DNA of 64,000 bases from Vicugna vicugna. Taxonomy: Eukaryota. Below, piece by piece: positions 1 to 12,449 of the stretch. The stretch's first letter is position 1. Every line of letters starts with the position of its first letter. A program made the position numbers and the translations under genes. The DNA is taken from positions 126,001 to 190,000 of the forward strand of contig MU058337.1 of the NCBI GenBank assembly GCA_013265495.1, in the 5' to 3' direction. The notes under the pieces were generated by a model. That model was not told where the DNA came from, did not search any database, and saw only the letters and a program-made list of their open reading frames with translations.

Positions 1-149
1 AGAAGAAGGAGAAGGAAGTCCAGATTACAGAATGATATATAAACAGGTCAGAAAAGAGGGAAGTGCATGTTTTAATTTTATAATAGATTATCCAGTATGA
101 AAGTAGATAGTTGTAGATTAGGTTGTCTGGAAACTAAACCCAGAACAAT

Positions 150-2468
150 CTGAATGCCCTTGGCAACCACTAATGTACTTTTCATCTCTTTGGATTTGCC
201 AATTCTGGGTATTTCATAAATGGAATCATACTATGCATGGCCTTTTGTGTCTGCCTTCCAGACCTAGCATAATGTTGTCAAGCTTCATGCATTCTGTAGC
301 ATGGAACAGTACTTATTCCTTTTTACGGTGGAATAGTGCTCCATTGTATGGATAGACATTTTGTTTAGCTATTTTAATAGATGGGTATTTGGGTTGTTCC
401 CTCTTTTCTGTTATTATAAATAATACTTCTATGAACGTTTACATATAGGTTTTTGCGTGGACATAGGCTTTATATTAACTTGGGTAATATGCCTACTAGT
501 AGAATTTCTGGGTCATATAATAATCCTATTTTAAAATTTTGCAGAGCAATCAAACTGTTTTCCAAAGTGGCGCACCATTTAACAATGCTACTGAAGTTGT
601 AAATTCTTCACAAATTTGTCAAGACTTGATATTGTCTGATTGTCTGACTTTTTTATTTTAATCATCTTAGTGGATGTTAAGTGTGTCTCTCTGTAGTTTT
701 GATTTGCATTTTCTTAATTATTAAAGATGCTGAGCATCTTTTCATGTGCCTTTTAGTCATTTGTACATCTTCTTTTGAGAAATGTCTCTTCAAGTTCTTT
801 GCCCATTTCTGATTAGGTTGTTTGTCTTTTCTTTGTTGAATTATAAAATTACTTTATATGTTCTAGAGGAAGGACCCTGTCAGATGTATAATTCTCAAAT
901 ATTGTCTCCTATTCTGCAGATTGTATTTTCATTGTCTTGATGGTACCCTTTCTACCATATAGTTATTCATTTTGATATAGTTTAGTTTATCATTTTTTAT
1001 CTTGTGAGTTTGGTGTCATAACTAAGAAATCATTGCTTAATCCAAGGTCACAAAGATTTACTCCCACATTTCATGCAAAAAATTTTATAGTTTTAGCTCT
1101 TACATTTAGGTCTATGATTTAAGTTAATTTTTGTATATGATGTGAAGTATAAGTACAACTTCATTGTTTTGAATGCAATGTTCAGTTGTCTCTGCAGAAT
1201 TTGCTAAAAAAAAACCTACTGAGTCCCCATTGGATGGTCTTGACACCCTTGTCAAAAATTGACTACAGAGGTAAGAGTTTATCTCCAGACTCTTAATTCT
1301 ATTTCATTGACCTATATAACTATATGCTACTACCGTACTGTTTTGATTACTGTAGCTTTGTAGTAATTTTGAAATGGAAAGACTCAGTCCTGCAATTTGG
1401 TTCTTCTTCAAGATTGTTTTGGCTAGTCTGGGATCCTTGCATTTATAGGTTAATTTTAAGCTCAGAATGCCAATTTATGAAAAAAGGCCAGCTGCAATTT
1501 TAACAGGAATTGCATGTAATCTGTAACCAGTTTGGGGAGCCCTATTGTCTTTCTAACAGTAAGTTTTTTGATCCATAAACACAAAATGCATTTCCATTTA
1601 CTTAGGACTTCCTTAATTTATCCCAACAATGAGACAAATGTACAAAACTTGTATTTTTTCGGTTAAATTTATTCCCAAATATTTTATTCTTCTTGAGGCT
1701 ATTTGTAAATGTAATTATTTCCTTAAATTCATTTTTGATTGTTCATTGATAGTTGATAAAAATACAACTGATTTTTGTTTATTGATTTTGTAACCTGTAA
1801 TTTTGCATAACCCATTTATTAGTTATATTTGTGTGTGTAGCAGGGGAGGGGGGGTGATCCTTAGGATTTTCTATATGTAAGATCATGTTATCTGAGAGTA
1901 GATCATTTTACTTCTTCCTTTGCAATCTCAATTCTTTTTATGTTTCTGCCTGATTGCCATGGCTAGAACCTCTAGTATGTTATCAAGTTGAAGTTATGAG
2001 AGCACGCATCCTTGTCTTGCTCCTGATCTTAGAAATAAAGCTATCAGTCATTCACCTTTATATGTAATTTTAGCTGTGGGTTTTTCATAGATGCACTGTA
2101 TCAGGTTGAGGATACTTCCTTCTATTGAATTTTTATTATTGTGAAAGGTAGTTAGGTTTTGTCAAATTCTTTTCTGAGTCTATTAAGATGATCATGTGGT
2201 CTTAGTCCCCTCTTCCATTAAGGTCACATTGATTGTTTTCATGTGTTAAACCAACCTTGCATTCCTGGGGCAGATCCCACTTGGTCATGGTATATAATCT
2301 TTTTATATGTTTCTGGATTTGGTTTGCTAATATTTTGTTGAATTTCTTTCTTTTTAAGTTTACAGAGGGCAGTTGTGTATAGTTTTTGGAATGTCTTTAT
2401 CTGATTTTAGTATTGGGGAAATACTGTCTTCATAGAATGAGTAGGGAAGTATTCCTTTCTCTCCTATC
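150..2468 (-). mobile_element. Old LINE-1 (L1MB/L1MC-like), ORF2 3' half plus 3' UTR, decayed
   Basis: Continuous antisense L1M-type text, e.g. 'ggcaaccactaatgtacttt', 'gagcatcttttcatgtgcc', 'ttttgattactgtagctttgtag', 'ccaaccttgcattcctggg..atcccacttggtcatgg'; no long ORF remains. Confidence 0.92.
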
Positions 2469-3289
2469 ATGACAAGCTTTGAGGGTGCTTTGTTACACAT
2501 TAAAGCTAAGTTACATGAGCATAACAAGCAGGCCTGATAACTAATTGGATGTCAAGAATTAAAGAGAGCAAAGGAGTAAAGATGAATTTTAGCAAGTCTC
2601 AAGCATATCCAGAAATGAGGGCACATTTGGATGCAATCACTCATTTACATATTTCCAATGTTTTTACAGGCAGAATGTCAAATCCAGAAAAATTATGTAG
2701 ATTTTCCCAGACATTCAAATGTGTCTTACTATATTTAGAAAAAGTTGAAAACAAGTAGTTTCACATTTTCATCTAATTTAATTGAACTTTAGCCATTCTC
2801 AGACAACGTGTCCAAGTTACTTTCTGGACCTTTAAGCATGTCAATAATCAATCCCACCTTCCCGAGCTCTAAACTTTATTTTACAACTTTAATCACGTTT
2901 CCTTGCTGACCCTTTCATCTCAGCTCCACTCCCTAAATAGTACAGCACCTTCTAATGTGTCGTGCTATTTCTGGCTTCAGAGTCTGTCTTCAGAGTCTCT
3001 CCCCTCTCCTTATCCTGCCTACTTCTCCAGTTTGCATCCTAGTTTAATTCCATGACCTGGTTAAAATAAGAACTAACCTTTCTTGGTTTCTTTTCTCATT
3101 CAGCAGGAGAGGTAGGGTCTACTAACAAAGGCATAAGAACATGAAACAGGGTTCTCTTCTGATGAACTGCATTACATTTCCCACAGTCTGAAAGGAGGAG
3201 GGGAAGTTGTAACTGGAGAGTGAGTTGTCACAGCTCAGTCTCTATCCCAGTTCTCCTCACTCAACTGCACTTACTGCCCACACCCTAAA

Positions 3290-3460
3290 GGGCTCCTTCC
3301 TCTGAGCTCCCCTGTATGTGGTGTAGGGATAATCTTGGTATCCATCACTTGATGGGAGTCTTCTGTGAACTCCACGTGGGTAAGGACCACATCTTACTTG
3401 ACACTTTAACCTAAACACAGTATTTAGCACATGTTAAATGTTAAATTAGTAAACTGTGAG
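3290..3460 (+). mobile_element. LINE-2 3' end fragment
   Basis: 'tgtgaactccacgtgggtaaggaccacatctt...cacagtatttagcacatg' resembles the L2 3' terminus. Confidence 0.55.
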
Positions 3461-4039
3461 TTAGAAATCTTAAAAATGAAGGTGTTCCTCTGTCAGGACT
3501 CTGCAGATATAACTAGAACTGTCTCACAGTAACTACTGTCCAAATATGTCACTTCACCTAGAATCATATATTTTAATATGACGATCACCTTTGGTAAAAC
3601 TGTGATTCGAGCATACTAGTACTTCATCTTCTGGCATCAGGGGCTTCTCTCTGTTTTATTTTCCTTCTTGCAGATTCCTTCTTTCCTTCTGCATTCATTT
3701 ACTCATTCAACAATCCACAGACAAGACACAAGACTGTAGGTCGAATAAATTATAGTCTGTGTCCAGGCAGAGCAGTGGAAGAATCAACTAAGTGAGCACT
3801 TAAAACATCATAATGTTCAATCATATCCATACATTACAGCTCACAGCTGGTTAAAATCTCCACAAAGATGCACACACAGGCATGTGTATATGTAAAAATA
3901 AAGCAGCTATCACCTGCTTTCGATCCAGCTCACCTGAAAATATAACTAGAACATGAAAATTTGGCAGACAGAGATAATCTCTGCTTCATGCCTCTTGCCT
4001 ATTTTGTTTAAGAAGTGTCATGCCTAAAACCAGCAGTTT

Positions 4040-4140
4040 AGAACTGCAGGTTTTCATTCCAGCTCTGCACATTTTTCAGGTGAGATAAATATCAACTAGG
4101 TTTTTCCCTTCTCCGAGTCTCCATTTGCCCTACCATTCCA
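4040..4140 (+). mobile_element. MIR SINE fragment
   Basis: 'ggttttcattccagctctgc...cttctccgagtctccatttgccc' resembles the MIR core. Confidence 0.45.
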
Positions 4141-5119
4141 GGGGACAGAAGAGCATTTGCTAGACTTCTGCAAGGTTTTGTAGAAGGCAGAAGTTCAAGG
4201 CGAATATCTGAGTTCCTAAATCACAGATGCGATTTTCTTTTCAGTGATCACTAATTACTAACTCAGTTCCTGGACAGGCACCAACATTATTTATTCTGGT
4301 TTTATGTTCTTTAAGTGGCCTTTAAAAACGGCTGCCCTCACATGGGAATCTCTAAAGATTGCAGTATTCACATTTTACAAGGCTGTTGGTGAGGCAGATG
4401 GTAAAACATAAAAGTTGTTCTGATTTTAAATTGAACTGAATCCAATATTGGCTACATGTCATTTTTTCTAGTTGTTCCAAATTAATTCCTTTCTCATTTG
4501 TTTCAGTGTGACATACAACTTGGAATTTTTAAAGGATTAGTTGGATTCATTGAATTGGTGCTTTTTAAACTTTTGGGGTGTGTGTCTCTTTTCTGTGATT
4601 AAATGCAGGTGAAAACAGTAGACAATTCCAGCACCCAGGTCTTCGAAACCAGAAGGTTCTAAGATGTCCCTGTGTTAGTGTCTCTTTATATTTTAAGCTG
4701 ACCCTCTTACTTACAGTTAAATTATATGGATTTTTGGATCACTGAAATGACACTTCTTTCAAATTTAGACCAAAGATATGACATTATTTTTAAAATGATA
4801 CATGTGATACCTAATGAACAGCTTTAATTTTTAAAGTTCACGTAAGAATTCATCACTCAAACCATCGCGACTTTTACGCCGCCACGGGCTTTCCTATTTA
4901 TTAGCTTTCTTCATTAAAATGAGTCAACCTATTGAAGCATTTGGAAATGAACTTCCAGGAGATCTTTATTTACCAGGAGGGAAAAAACCCTAACACATTC
5001 AGGGTGAGAGAAAAGGCACAGGCCGGTTTCCTTAACCATCCTGCAATTCTGTCTACCCTGTCCTCCCAGCCTGCCTCCGCCTCAAGGTCACCTGTCGCCT
5101 CTGAGGCTCTCGCTCAGCC

Positions 5120-5690
5120 ATTTGCCAATCGGAGCCTCTGCCAAAGCCACAAAACAGAAGCCGAGAGTGAGGCGCATATAAAAGGGAGAGCAGGCTATAA
5201 ACTGCAACGCGAGTGCAGCGGAAACTCAAATGCTCGCCGGATTTCAGCGCAGAGCTCTTCGGCGGCGCCGTCCGCGCGCACGGGCAGTCTGCCCCAGAGC
5301 ATCGCGGCCCTGCACCGTCCCCCTCAGGCCACGGCGGCGGCCTTCTCCGTCTGCTCCGCCGGGAGGCCCAGCACGTGGCGGGCCGAAAGGAACGGAAAAG
5401 TACTCTTCCCCACAAAACGCTCACGGTCCCCGAAAACACCCATCTTGAGGAAAATCACAAAAATCCAGCGCAGCAGAGTCACTAAAAGCAAGCCCAGAGA
5501 GAGGAAATGGCTCAGGCAGGCAAATGGCAGCACACCTGGCACGTGAACGTAAAGGCCTCCACCCGGCACCGCCCGAGAGTCATCGTGCACGTGACCTTCT
5601 CAGGACACGCGTGCCGGTCGCTGGGTTAAGACGTCTGCGCGCATTCTCTCCCTTTCTCTTGGCTGAATCCCTGTGCCACGTGTACCCTTA
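5120..5690 (+). promoter_or_regulatory. CpG-rich promoter-like element (CCAAT, TATA, CpG island-like segment)
   Basis: CCAAT at 5125-5129, TATAAAAG at 5177-5184, second TATAAA at 5196-5201; dense CpGs about 5205-5650; CACGTG at 5372, 5540, 5588 and 5677. Confidence 0.45.
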
Positions 5691-5800
5691 TTACCCCATT
5701 TTACAGATGAGAAGACAGTGCCTAGAAAGCATCCTGCATAACTGATCAAGGTCAAACAGAATAAGCGCTGGGTGCCTGTCCGGGCACAGCAGTCTGGCCC
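5688..5800 (-). mobile_element. MIR SINE fragment
   Basis: 'ttattaccccattttacagatgagaagacagtgcctaga...caaggtcaaacag' is the antisense MIR core. Confidence 0.8.
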
Positions 5801-5984
5801 AACGCGTCAAGCAAACTTTATCCTGCTTACCCTGAGAGACTTCCCACTTCTCCCATCTATTTTATGACTTAGTTAATGGCTTTATGGGCGAGAACACAAG
5901 GGAATCCTCCACGTAAGATACGCGATTTTCTGGCCCTCCACGCAATTCCCTTTCAAGACCAGTGTTTTCCTCCCCAGCATCCCT

Positions 5985-6001
5985 CACGTGTCCATCACGT
6001 G
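5985..6001. promoter_or_regulatory. Perfect ChoRE-type tandem E-box (CACGTG-N5-CACGTG)
   Basis: CACGTGtccatCACGTG read directly; matches the ChREBP/MondoA:MLX element geometry; function untested. Confidence 0.4.
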
Positions 6002-6394
6002 TCATTTCAGACAACTGTTAGTGGTGTTAATTCCAGCCCATCTGTTTAATGCTGTGGTGCAATTTCATGGGACTCCTCCTCGAATGAGTGTTTCTCGTCT
6101 TCTAACGTCCCTCAGCACTCCTGCATTTTTCCTACAGACGGCAGGGCTCATCACAGCCCGCACTAAAAACAGAGCAAGCATTCGTGTCAGATTCAGTTCA
6201 GATTTCACGCCATGGATGTGTGTATTTCTGAATTTAAGACAAGGAACGAGAAGGGAAATCTCTACCGAGCAATCGCAGCTGCAGCTTGACTTCTGCTGCA
6301 TCCTTCGTGCTCAAGTCCTTCTGACTCCCTCTAGTGCTTTCAGCTCAGTCCTGCATCCACTCTAGTCCGCTGCTTAATGACTTCAAAACCACTG

Positions 6395-7950
6395 CTTCGT
6401 TGATTCATCCACCGACGCTGCCGGGCACCTACTACGGGCCCAGCACCGCGGAGCCCCTGCCCCGTGGGGACAGCGCTACCGCGCTAGGATGGGCATTAAG
6501 GAGCAGGTCACCCAATGGCCTGCGGGCATCCCCGGACCTCTTCCCTTGCTCTGGGCCTCTCTGTCTTTGTCCCTACGTCGGACACTCTCTCCCCAGGGAA
6601 GAGACCCACACCTCGGCTGTCCGAGTCGTAGAATCACAAGACTGGCCGGGTCTGGTGTCTACGCAGCATCTGGAGAGGAAGCCAGGAAGGAGGATCTCCT
6701 GGGTGGCTCCGCAGCTCCCCGCGGAGGGAAATGCCAGGAGGAAAAGCGGCCAAGAAACAGGCCGGCCAGAGGCCGAGTTAGTCGGAAGCTTAAGACCTGC
6801 AAGATCAGAGAGGCAGCTCGGCGGCTGGCTCAGGGCAAGGTTGGCATTGCCTGGTGAGTGAGAGGTGTGGGATCCTCTCTGGGAAAATCAGGAAAATCAA
6901 GGCAGTGAGGAAGAGGGCTGGGGAGGAGTGTGCTGGGTCACACACAGATGGATCCCTTCCAATGCCCATCAATACATGGAGATAAAGGATTTCTTACCCC
7001 GGTTCCAGTCCTCACGGTGATTTGGGATACAAGGATGTAATGCTTTAAATGCCATTTCCTGCAAAGGATGGGCAAGTTGGTTCAAAGATGTATTCAGTTT
7101 ATACACAGGTATGCAGATAAAATTTGTGAAAAATACTATGAAGGTCAGGAATAGGATAATAAGAAAGAGAAATAAAAAAGACAAAGTGTAATTGGATGCG
7201 GGGAGCGGGGGAGCTCTGGGCAGGTTTGGAGGAGAAGTCGGTTTGGGAGGAGAGGGGTTTGGTGAACAGGTGTGAGCGGGGGCAGGAATCCCACGCAGTG
7301 GGCGCGGCACGGGCGACCGTGTCCAGGAGGCAGGAAGGATAATGACAAAGTTTTAATTGATGAGCCGAGAAAACAGCACAGCGGCTGCAGCGGGAGAGGA
7401 AGTCAGAGCCGTGGAGGTCAGAGGCCAGTCATGCGGGAACTGCCAGTGCTTGATTAACAGGCACCGAATGGATTTCAGCAACTACAAGGTCACGTTTAAA
7501 CACCACCTTAGGGGCCTTACAGGACTCAGATGTTCATGGGAACGCTCCAAACCAGCGATGGAAACTGACCTCCCAGTTCCCAGAAATCTGCAAAACTGAA
7601 GGTGATAATTATCAATGGTTAGAACTGCAAAGTGCCGTGGGAAAGGGATCCTGACTGGCTGAGAAAATCAGGGGATGCTCAATGCTGTTTACACTGACAA
7701 TGTCCAAAATGGGCCATTTTCAGGCGTTCTGAGATTGAGCTGAGGAAGAGCACGTCAGGGATGTGGTCAGGGACGCTGGCAAAGGCAGAGGAGGGAAGAA
7801 AAGGGTGCCGCTCCCCGCGGAACAGCCAGAGGTTAATGCTTGGCCCAGCAGGAGGCTTGGAAGGACAGAGGAGGGCACTGGGGTCTGAGAACACGCCAGC
7901 TTGTTGAGTTCAGTCCCAGAAATTTCCATGGGGGCCAGGGAGGACACGAG
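6395..7950 (-). mobile_element. Patchy LINE-2 remnants, GC-shifted
   Basis: 'ttgattcatccacc..gggcacctactacgggcccagcaccgcgg' resembles the antisense L2 3' end; further purine-rich L2-like patches to about 7950; boundaries uncertain. Confidence 0.4.
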
Positions 7951-8941
7951 GGCCCCCTTTCAGGCTAGCATCACACATCTAGGAGCCTGAGGACCAACCC
8001 TCCATCAGAGAGATACGAGAGCCCTGTGGGGCATTGGAACATTCAAAGGGATTCCTTTTCTTCACACAGAGTAAGTCAGATAAAGAGTGTCCGGGTTAGA
8101 TAACCAAAATGAAACATTCTTAGACGTTTTACTGAGACAGCCTCCTTAGAAACATAGGTAATTAAGTTCTTGGCACGTACGGCTATATTTAGCTACAAAG
8201 TGTAATTCTTTCACAGGAGTCTAATGTGTCAATGAGTAGATCCTCTGGGGAATGAGATTAATGTGTAACTATGATACAGGGCCACAATTAAGGGGACAAG
8301 AGATTTGATTATAACCAGAACCCTATTACTACCACCAGACATGGTTTATTTCCCACACTACAGACTACCGATAACTGCTGGAGAAGCAGGAATGTTTACA
8401 CATGGACTGCAAGTTTCAAAAGTGCATTGTCCTACTGAGGTCTCCCAAATCCACCCATCCATCTGGATGTCAAGCACACTCTCCCTAAATGCTATCTTCA
8501 TTCCCTCTGCTTATGAGTGCATTCTTCCTCCAAACGTTACAGCTAGTGTCTGAATCCCTCCCAGGCCTCCCAGAGAAAGTCTCACAGTTAGGTCCTCGGC
8601 GCAGGAATCTTTTCCACCAAAATATCACTAGTATCCCTTAAGACACTATACACAGTAACAAAAAAGGTTAGTGATGAGATGCTTCTTTTGGAATCTCAAC
8701 CAGCATGTAAGGGAACCAAAGAACACTTCTGACACCACGTCGAGTCTTCTCCCCTAAGACTCCTTCGTCGCCCATGCTCAGCTTGAAGAGGTTGCAGAAG
8801 ATGGACCTTTGCCCCTTTTCTGTAGAAATGGAAGGAGAATCTGGGAGTGGGGATTGTAACTGAGGAGGTGAGACTGGAACTGGGCCCCGCAGCACCTCAG
8901 CATTACTCCAGATCCATTTCTTAGCTGTGACATGGCTGTGC

Positions 8942-9633
8942 TGTTATGCTCACTAAGCCTGAATTCTACCCCAGTTCACCATGAACTTGGCTTAGCTGGC
9001 TGCTGCTGCAGAGAGCTGGGGATGCATGTGGAGACTAAAGAGTAGCTGTTCTATGGGCTTCACCCTTGTTCCTTATCCTTCAGGACAAGCTAACCAGAGA
9101 TTTACGACTTGGATAATGTTCCAACTGCAAGCAAGACTTGACGGCTACTTGGAATCTTGTGATCAAGACAATCACCGCTGAAAATAGAAGATTACTCCCT
9201 CCCCTGCATGTAGCCCTTTCCCCTTTTCCCTGCATAATCTCCAAGCAAAACGTGGGGCGTTGGGATTTGGTTCTTTGGGATGTGAGTCCACCTTCTCCCC
9301 AGGACTGTTGGCTTCCTCAAAAAAGCTATCTTTCCTTTTACCTAACACCTGTCTCTCCATATTGGGTTTCTTTTTTTTTTTCTTTTAATTGAAAAAAAAT
9401 TGACACAAATTAACTTATTTACAAAACAGAAAGAGACTCACAGACATAGAAAACAAACTAATGGTTACCAAAGGGGGAAGGTGAGGGAGGGATAAATTAG
9501 GAGTTTGTGATTTGCAGGTGCACACTACTATACATAAGACAGATAAACAACAAGGTCCCACTGTGCAGCGCAGGGAACTATCCTGAGGACTGGATTCTTG
9601 CGGGAGGAGCGGCTGAACCCGGGCTGGGTACCA
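8942..9633 (+). mobile_element. Solo ERV1-type LTR interrupted by an L1 insertion
   Basis: Starts TGTTA and ends 'gcggctgaacccgggctgggtacca'; U3/R text 'ttctttgggatgtgagtccaccttctccccagg'; 4-bp flanks gtgc/gcgc (TSD with one transition). Confidence 0.7.
9371..9586. mobile_element. Short L1 insertion with internal inversion (poly-T plus antisense 3' terminus, then sense 3' UTR piece)
   Basis: 9371-9392 is the reverse complement of 'tcaatta' plus an A-rich tail; 9393-9586 is sense 'gacacaaattaacttatttacaaaacagaaagagactcacagacatagaaaac...cagggaactat'. Confidence 0.8.
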
Positions 9634-11689
9634 GCGCTTTGTGTACACTCTCTCTTTCACTTTCAAACCAAGCTCTAGGTAAGCAGGGCTTTCCTTGCTG
9701 TCTGAAATACAGAAAGAAAAATAGTTTGGACGCTGGAAATTCTTCCAGGCCCTTTCTCTTGCATCGTTCTGCTCCCTCAACAGAAGCTACACTTTCCACC
9801 CCTGTGTTATTTTCTAAGTTCACCTCCAAATTCAGTGGCGAGTTCTCACCAACAAGAGACAGTTACGGGAGCAGAGGTGGAAAATGAGTGTTTTAAAGAC
9901 GAAATTTCTTCTAAAAACATTGAATTATTTTCTGGAAGACTATTCCTCAGTATCCTCCAGAATATTACAGGACCAAACCGTCCATTTATAATGTGGCCTT
10001 CACTTACCATTTGAAAGTCGAGACAGAAAGATTTCTCAAAAGCTAGACTCTCGGCCTAAGTGACAATACATAGCATATAATTCTCTTCCTGTGTTTGGTG
10101 ACGTTTTAATGTTTCAGCAGATCAGTGACACATTCAATGACTGTTTCGGTTTTTGAAAAATACTCCTGACTGGGAGAGATTTAATTGTTGTCAAAACACA
10201 TCAAAGCACCTACCAATGTCTTAAAATCTACACATGGTGTTTAAACAAGATTTGCGCTTATATACAAAACGCCTACCAAAAAGGACATCAGAGAGGTGAG
10301 AGTTAATGAAAGTACAAATAGGCTACAAAGATCTAAAAGGTCGAAAGAAACGGAAGTCACTGATGACACAGGGTGCCCCAGTGCAGGCAGGAAGGCTGCT
10401 TTCTGCCAATTAAATGTCACACTTTCTCAAGATGACCTAAAGGCCAAGGAACCAAACACAGTGTTAACTTAGTTCCTACCTAAATTATTCTAAACTCAGG
10501 CAGGGGCAGGGAGTGGAGCCACGACCTGGTACGCAGGGAAGCGCGCTCCTGCCCTGTGGGCCCTCGGGATTGTCTCATACTTTCCCTGGTACACAGTCTT
10601 CCAGTACACACTATACAGAGGAGCTTAGCATCATCTCAAAGTTTGAAAAAATTATTATATTATCATTATTAGCTGAGGTTTAGGTGACCATATGCTTTAC
10701 AGTTCTCTAAATATGGAAGCATTATTTTTCCCCTTTGTCTCCTATGGATATGACCCCAAATTATGTCCTGTCTCATTTAAAAAAAAAATCTATAGGGATG
10801 GAGCCTACTGCAGGTTCAAATAATTTACTCTAATGATGATGATGGTGTCTAACTACAATAAATAGCACACATACACACACACACACAAAATCCCTAATTT
10901 TTGCTTTAGGAAGCTTCCTAATTTTCCATTTTTTCACAACACTGTCTAAAGTCCATCAAATATGAGTTTCAAAAGATTATAACTCGGCTGCAGTGTCCCT
11001 GGGCTGCACGCCTCCGAAGGAGAAACGCGTGTTGAATGGAAGCACATGCTCACAATTATCTCTGACCTACCTCTCGAAAAGTGGTTCCTCTTTGTAGATT
11101 TTTATATGGGTCAAAACACCTACACCCTGAGTTCAAAGTCATGTAACAACCACTCGAGTAAAAAGGATCTCTTACATTTTTTTTCTCACCACATTTCTTT
11201 CCATGAAGAGAAAAAAAGAAACTTACAGTGAAACATGTATCACCAGTAGCTTCCCAGGAGTCAAAAAATACCTTTTTTTAATAAGACTTGCTGGAAAATA
11301 TGAAGTTGAGAAAGTGGATTCGCTTATAAAAACCATAGTGAAATGAGGAAGCGGCCAGCATTCACAGCAAGACCAGGTTCCCACTCAGAGATCTGTCATG
11401 GGCTGCATGTGCTAATGCTCAACGCAGCTAAAATGAAAGGGGGAAGAAAACAACGGTGCTGCAGCTGATACAGCTGTTGCTAAGTTTCAAAGCATTTCTA
11501 CTTCAAAGAACAAGAATTTCTAACAGAAATTCTGTTGGACCATCAAGTGGGCGGTCAATTTTATAGTAGCCACCATTTCTAAAATGACTGCTAGAACTTC
11601 AACAAGCGCAAAGTCACGGAGTGAGTCAGGGTTCACGACAGCGCTGCAGACAATACAATGTTAACCAAAGAATGTCACTGGCTGCTTCT

Positions 11690-11895
11690 GAGCTGCCGGA
11701 CACAGTTCCATGCACCTTGCAGGAATTATGTCCACAGCTCCACGGAGTAGTTAAAATGTTAAAATTACCCACATTTCATAGGACGATAAAGCTACCAGAA
11801 GTTTAGCAAATTAAGCAGCGTCAAAGATAGGGGAACTAACAGAGCCAAAATACAAGCCGGGTTCTGTCTGACATCACTGCAAACTCTTGAGTGAC
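11690..11895 (-). mobile_element. MIR SINE
   Basis: 'cacagttccatgcacctt...attacccacatttcatagg...cagagccaaaatacaagccgggttctgtctgac'. Confidence 0.6.
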
Positions 11896-12449
11896 TTTTG
11901 CTCATCAAAGCCCCCCGCCCCACACTCCTAGGGCAACATTGCCAGAAATTTTGCATTAGAATTAAGAGTACTAGAAAAACGTAGCCTGAAAAAGTCAAGG
12001 ATTCGGGTAAATACGAGTAATTAGAGAAGGGACGGCTTTGTTCGCTGGAATAATTTTGTTTGTAGAATAGGTCCTTGGAGGGTGTGTCTGGACAGAGGAG
12101 GCTGCAAATGGCCGGTCAGATCTCTGCTTAGAAAAACTGAGAAAATTTCCCCAGGCTTTGAATAAAGTCTGCTGTAATCACAAATATATTTTCTTTTGTG
12201 GACTTCTCTGTTCATGATGTACAGAGGACGGAAAATCAAAAAAAGAGTTCCATTTCTGAACTCTCCTCATGCCACACTGGGGAAACATGGATGGTTTTGT
12301 GAGACCATCAGAAATTTAGCAAATGGCACAAGAAGTGGTCTTGAACCAAAGAGAATCATAAACATTTCAGTCCTCCCCTCTCCCCGCAGGAAGTCACAGA
12401 ATTCTCTAGGCAGGCATTTGATTTTAGACATCATTGGGGGCTTCAGTTA

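Noticed and set aside
3928..3960. Recursive-splice-like AG|GT motif on the - strand ('tattttcag|gtgagc'), with a similar one at 36983-37005
   Set aside because: Short motif expected by chance in 64 kb; a comparable motif occurs on + near 4071-4086; no supporting data
4932..5546. Longest ORF (204 aa, +) and overlapping ORFs
   Set aside because: Non-ATG start (TTG), low-complexity S/A/R content and several frames open on both strands; typical of GC-rich stop-poor DNA; no recognisable domain
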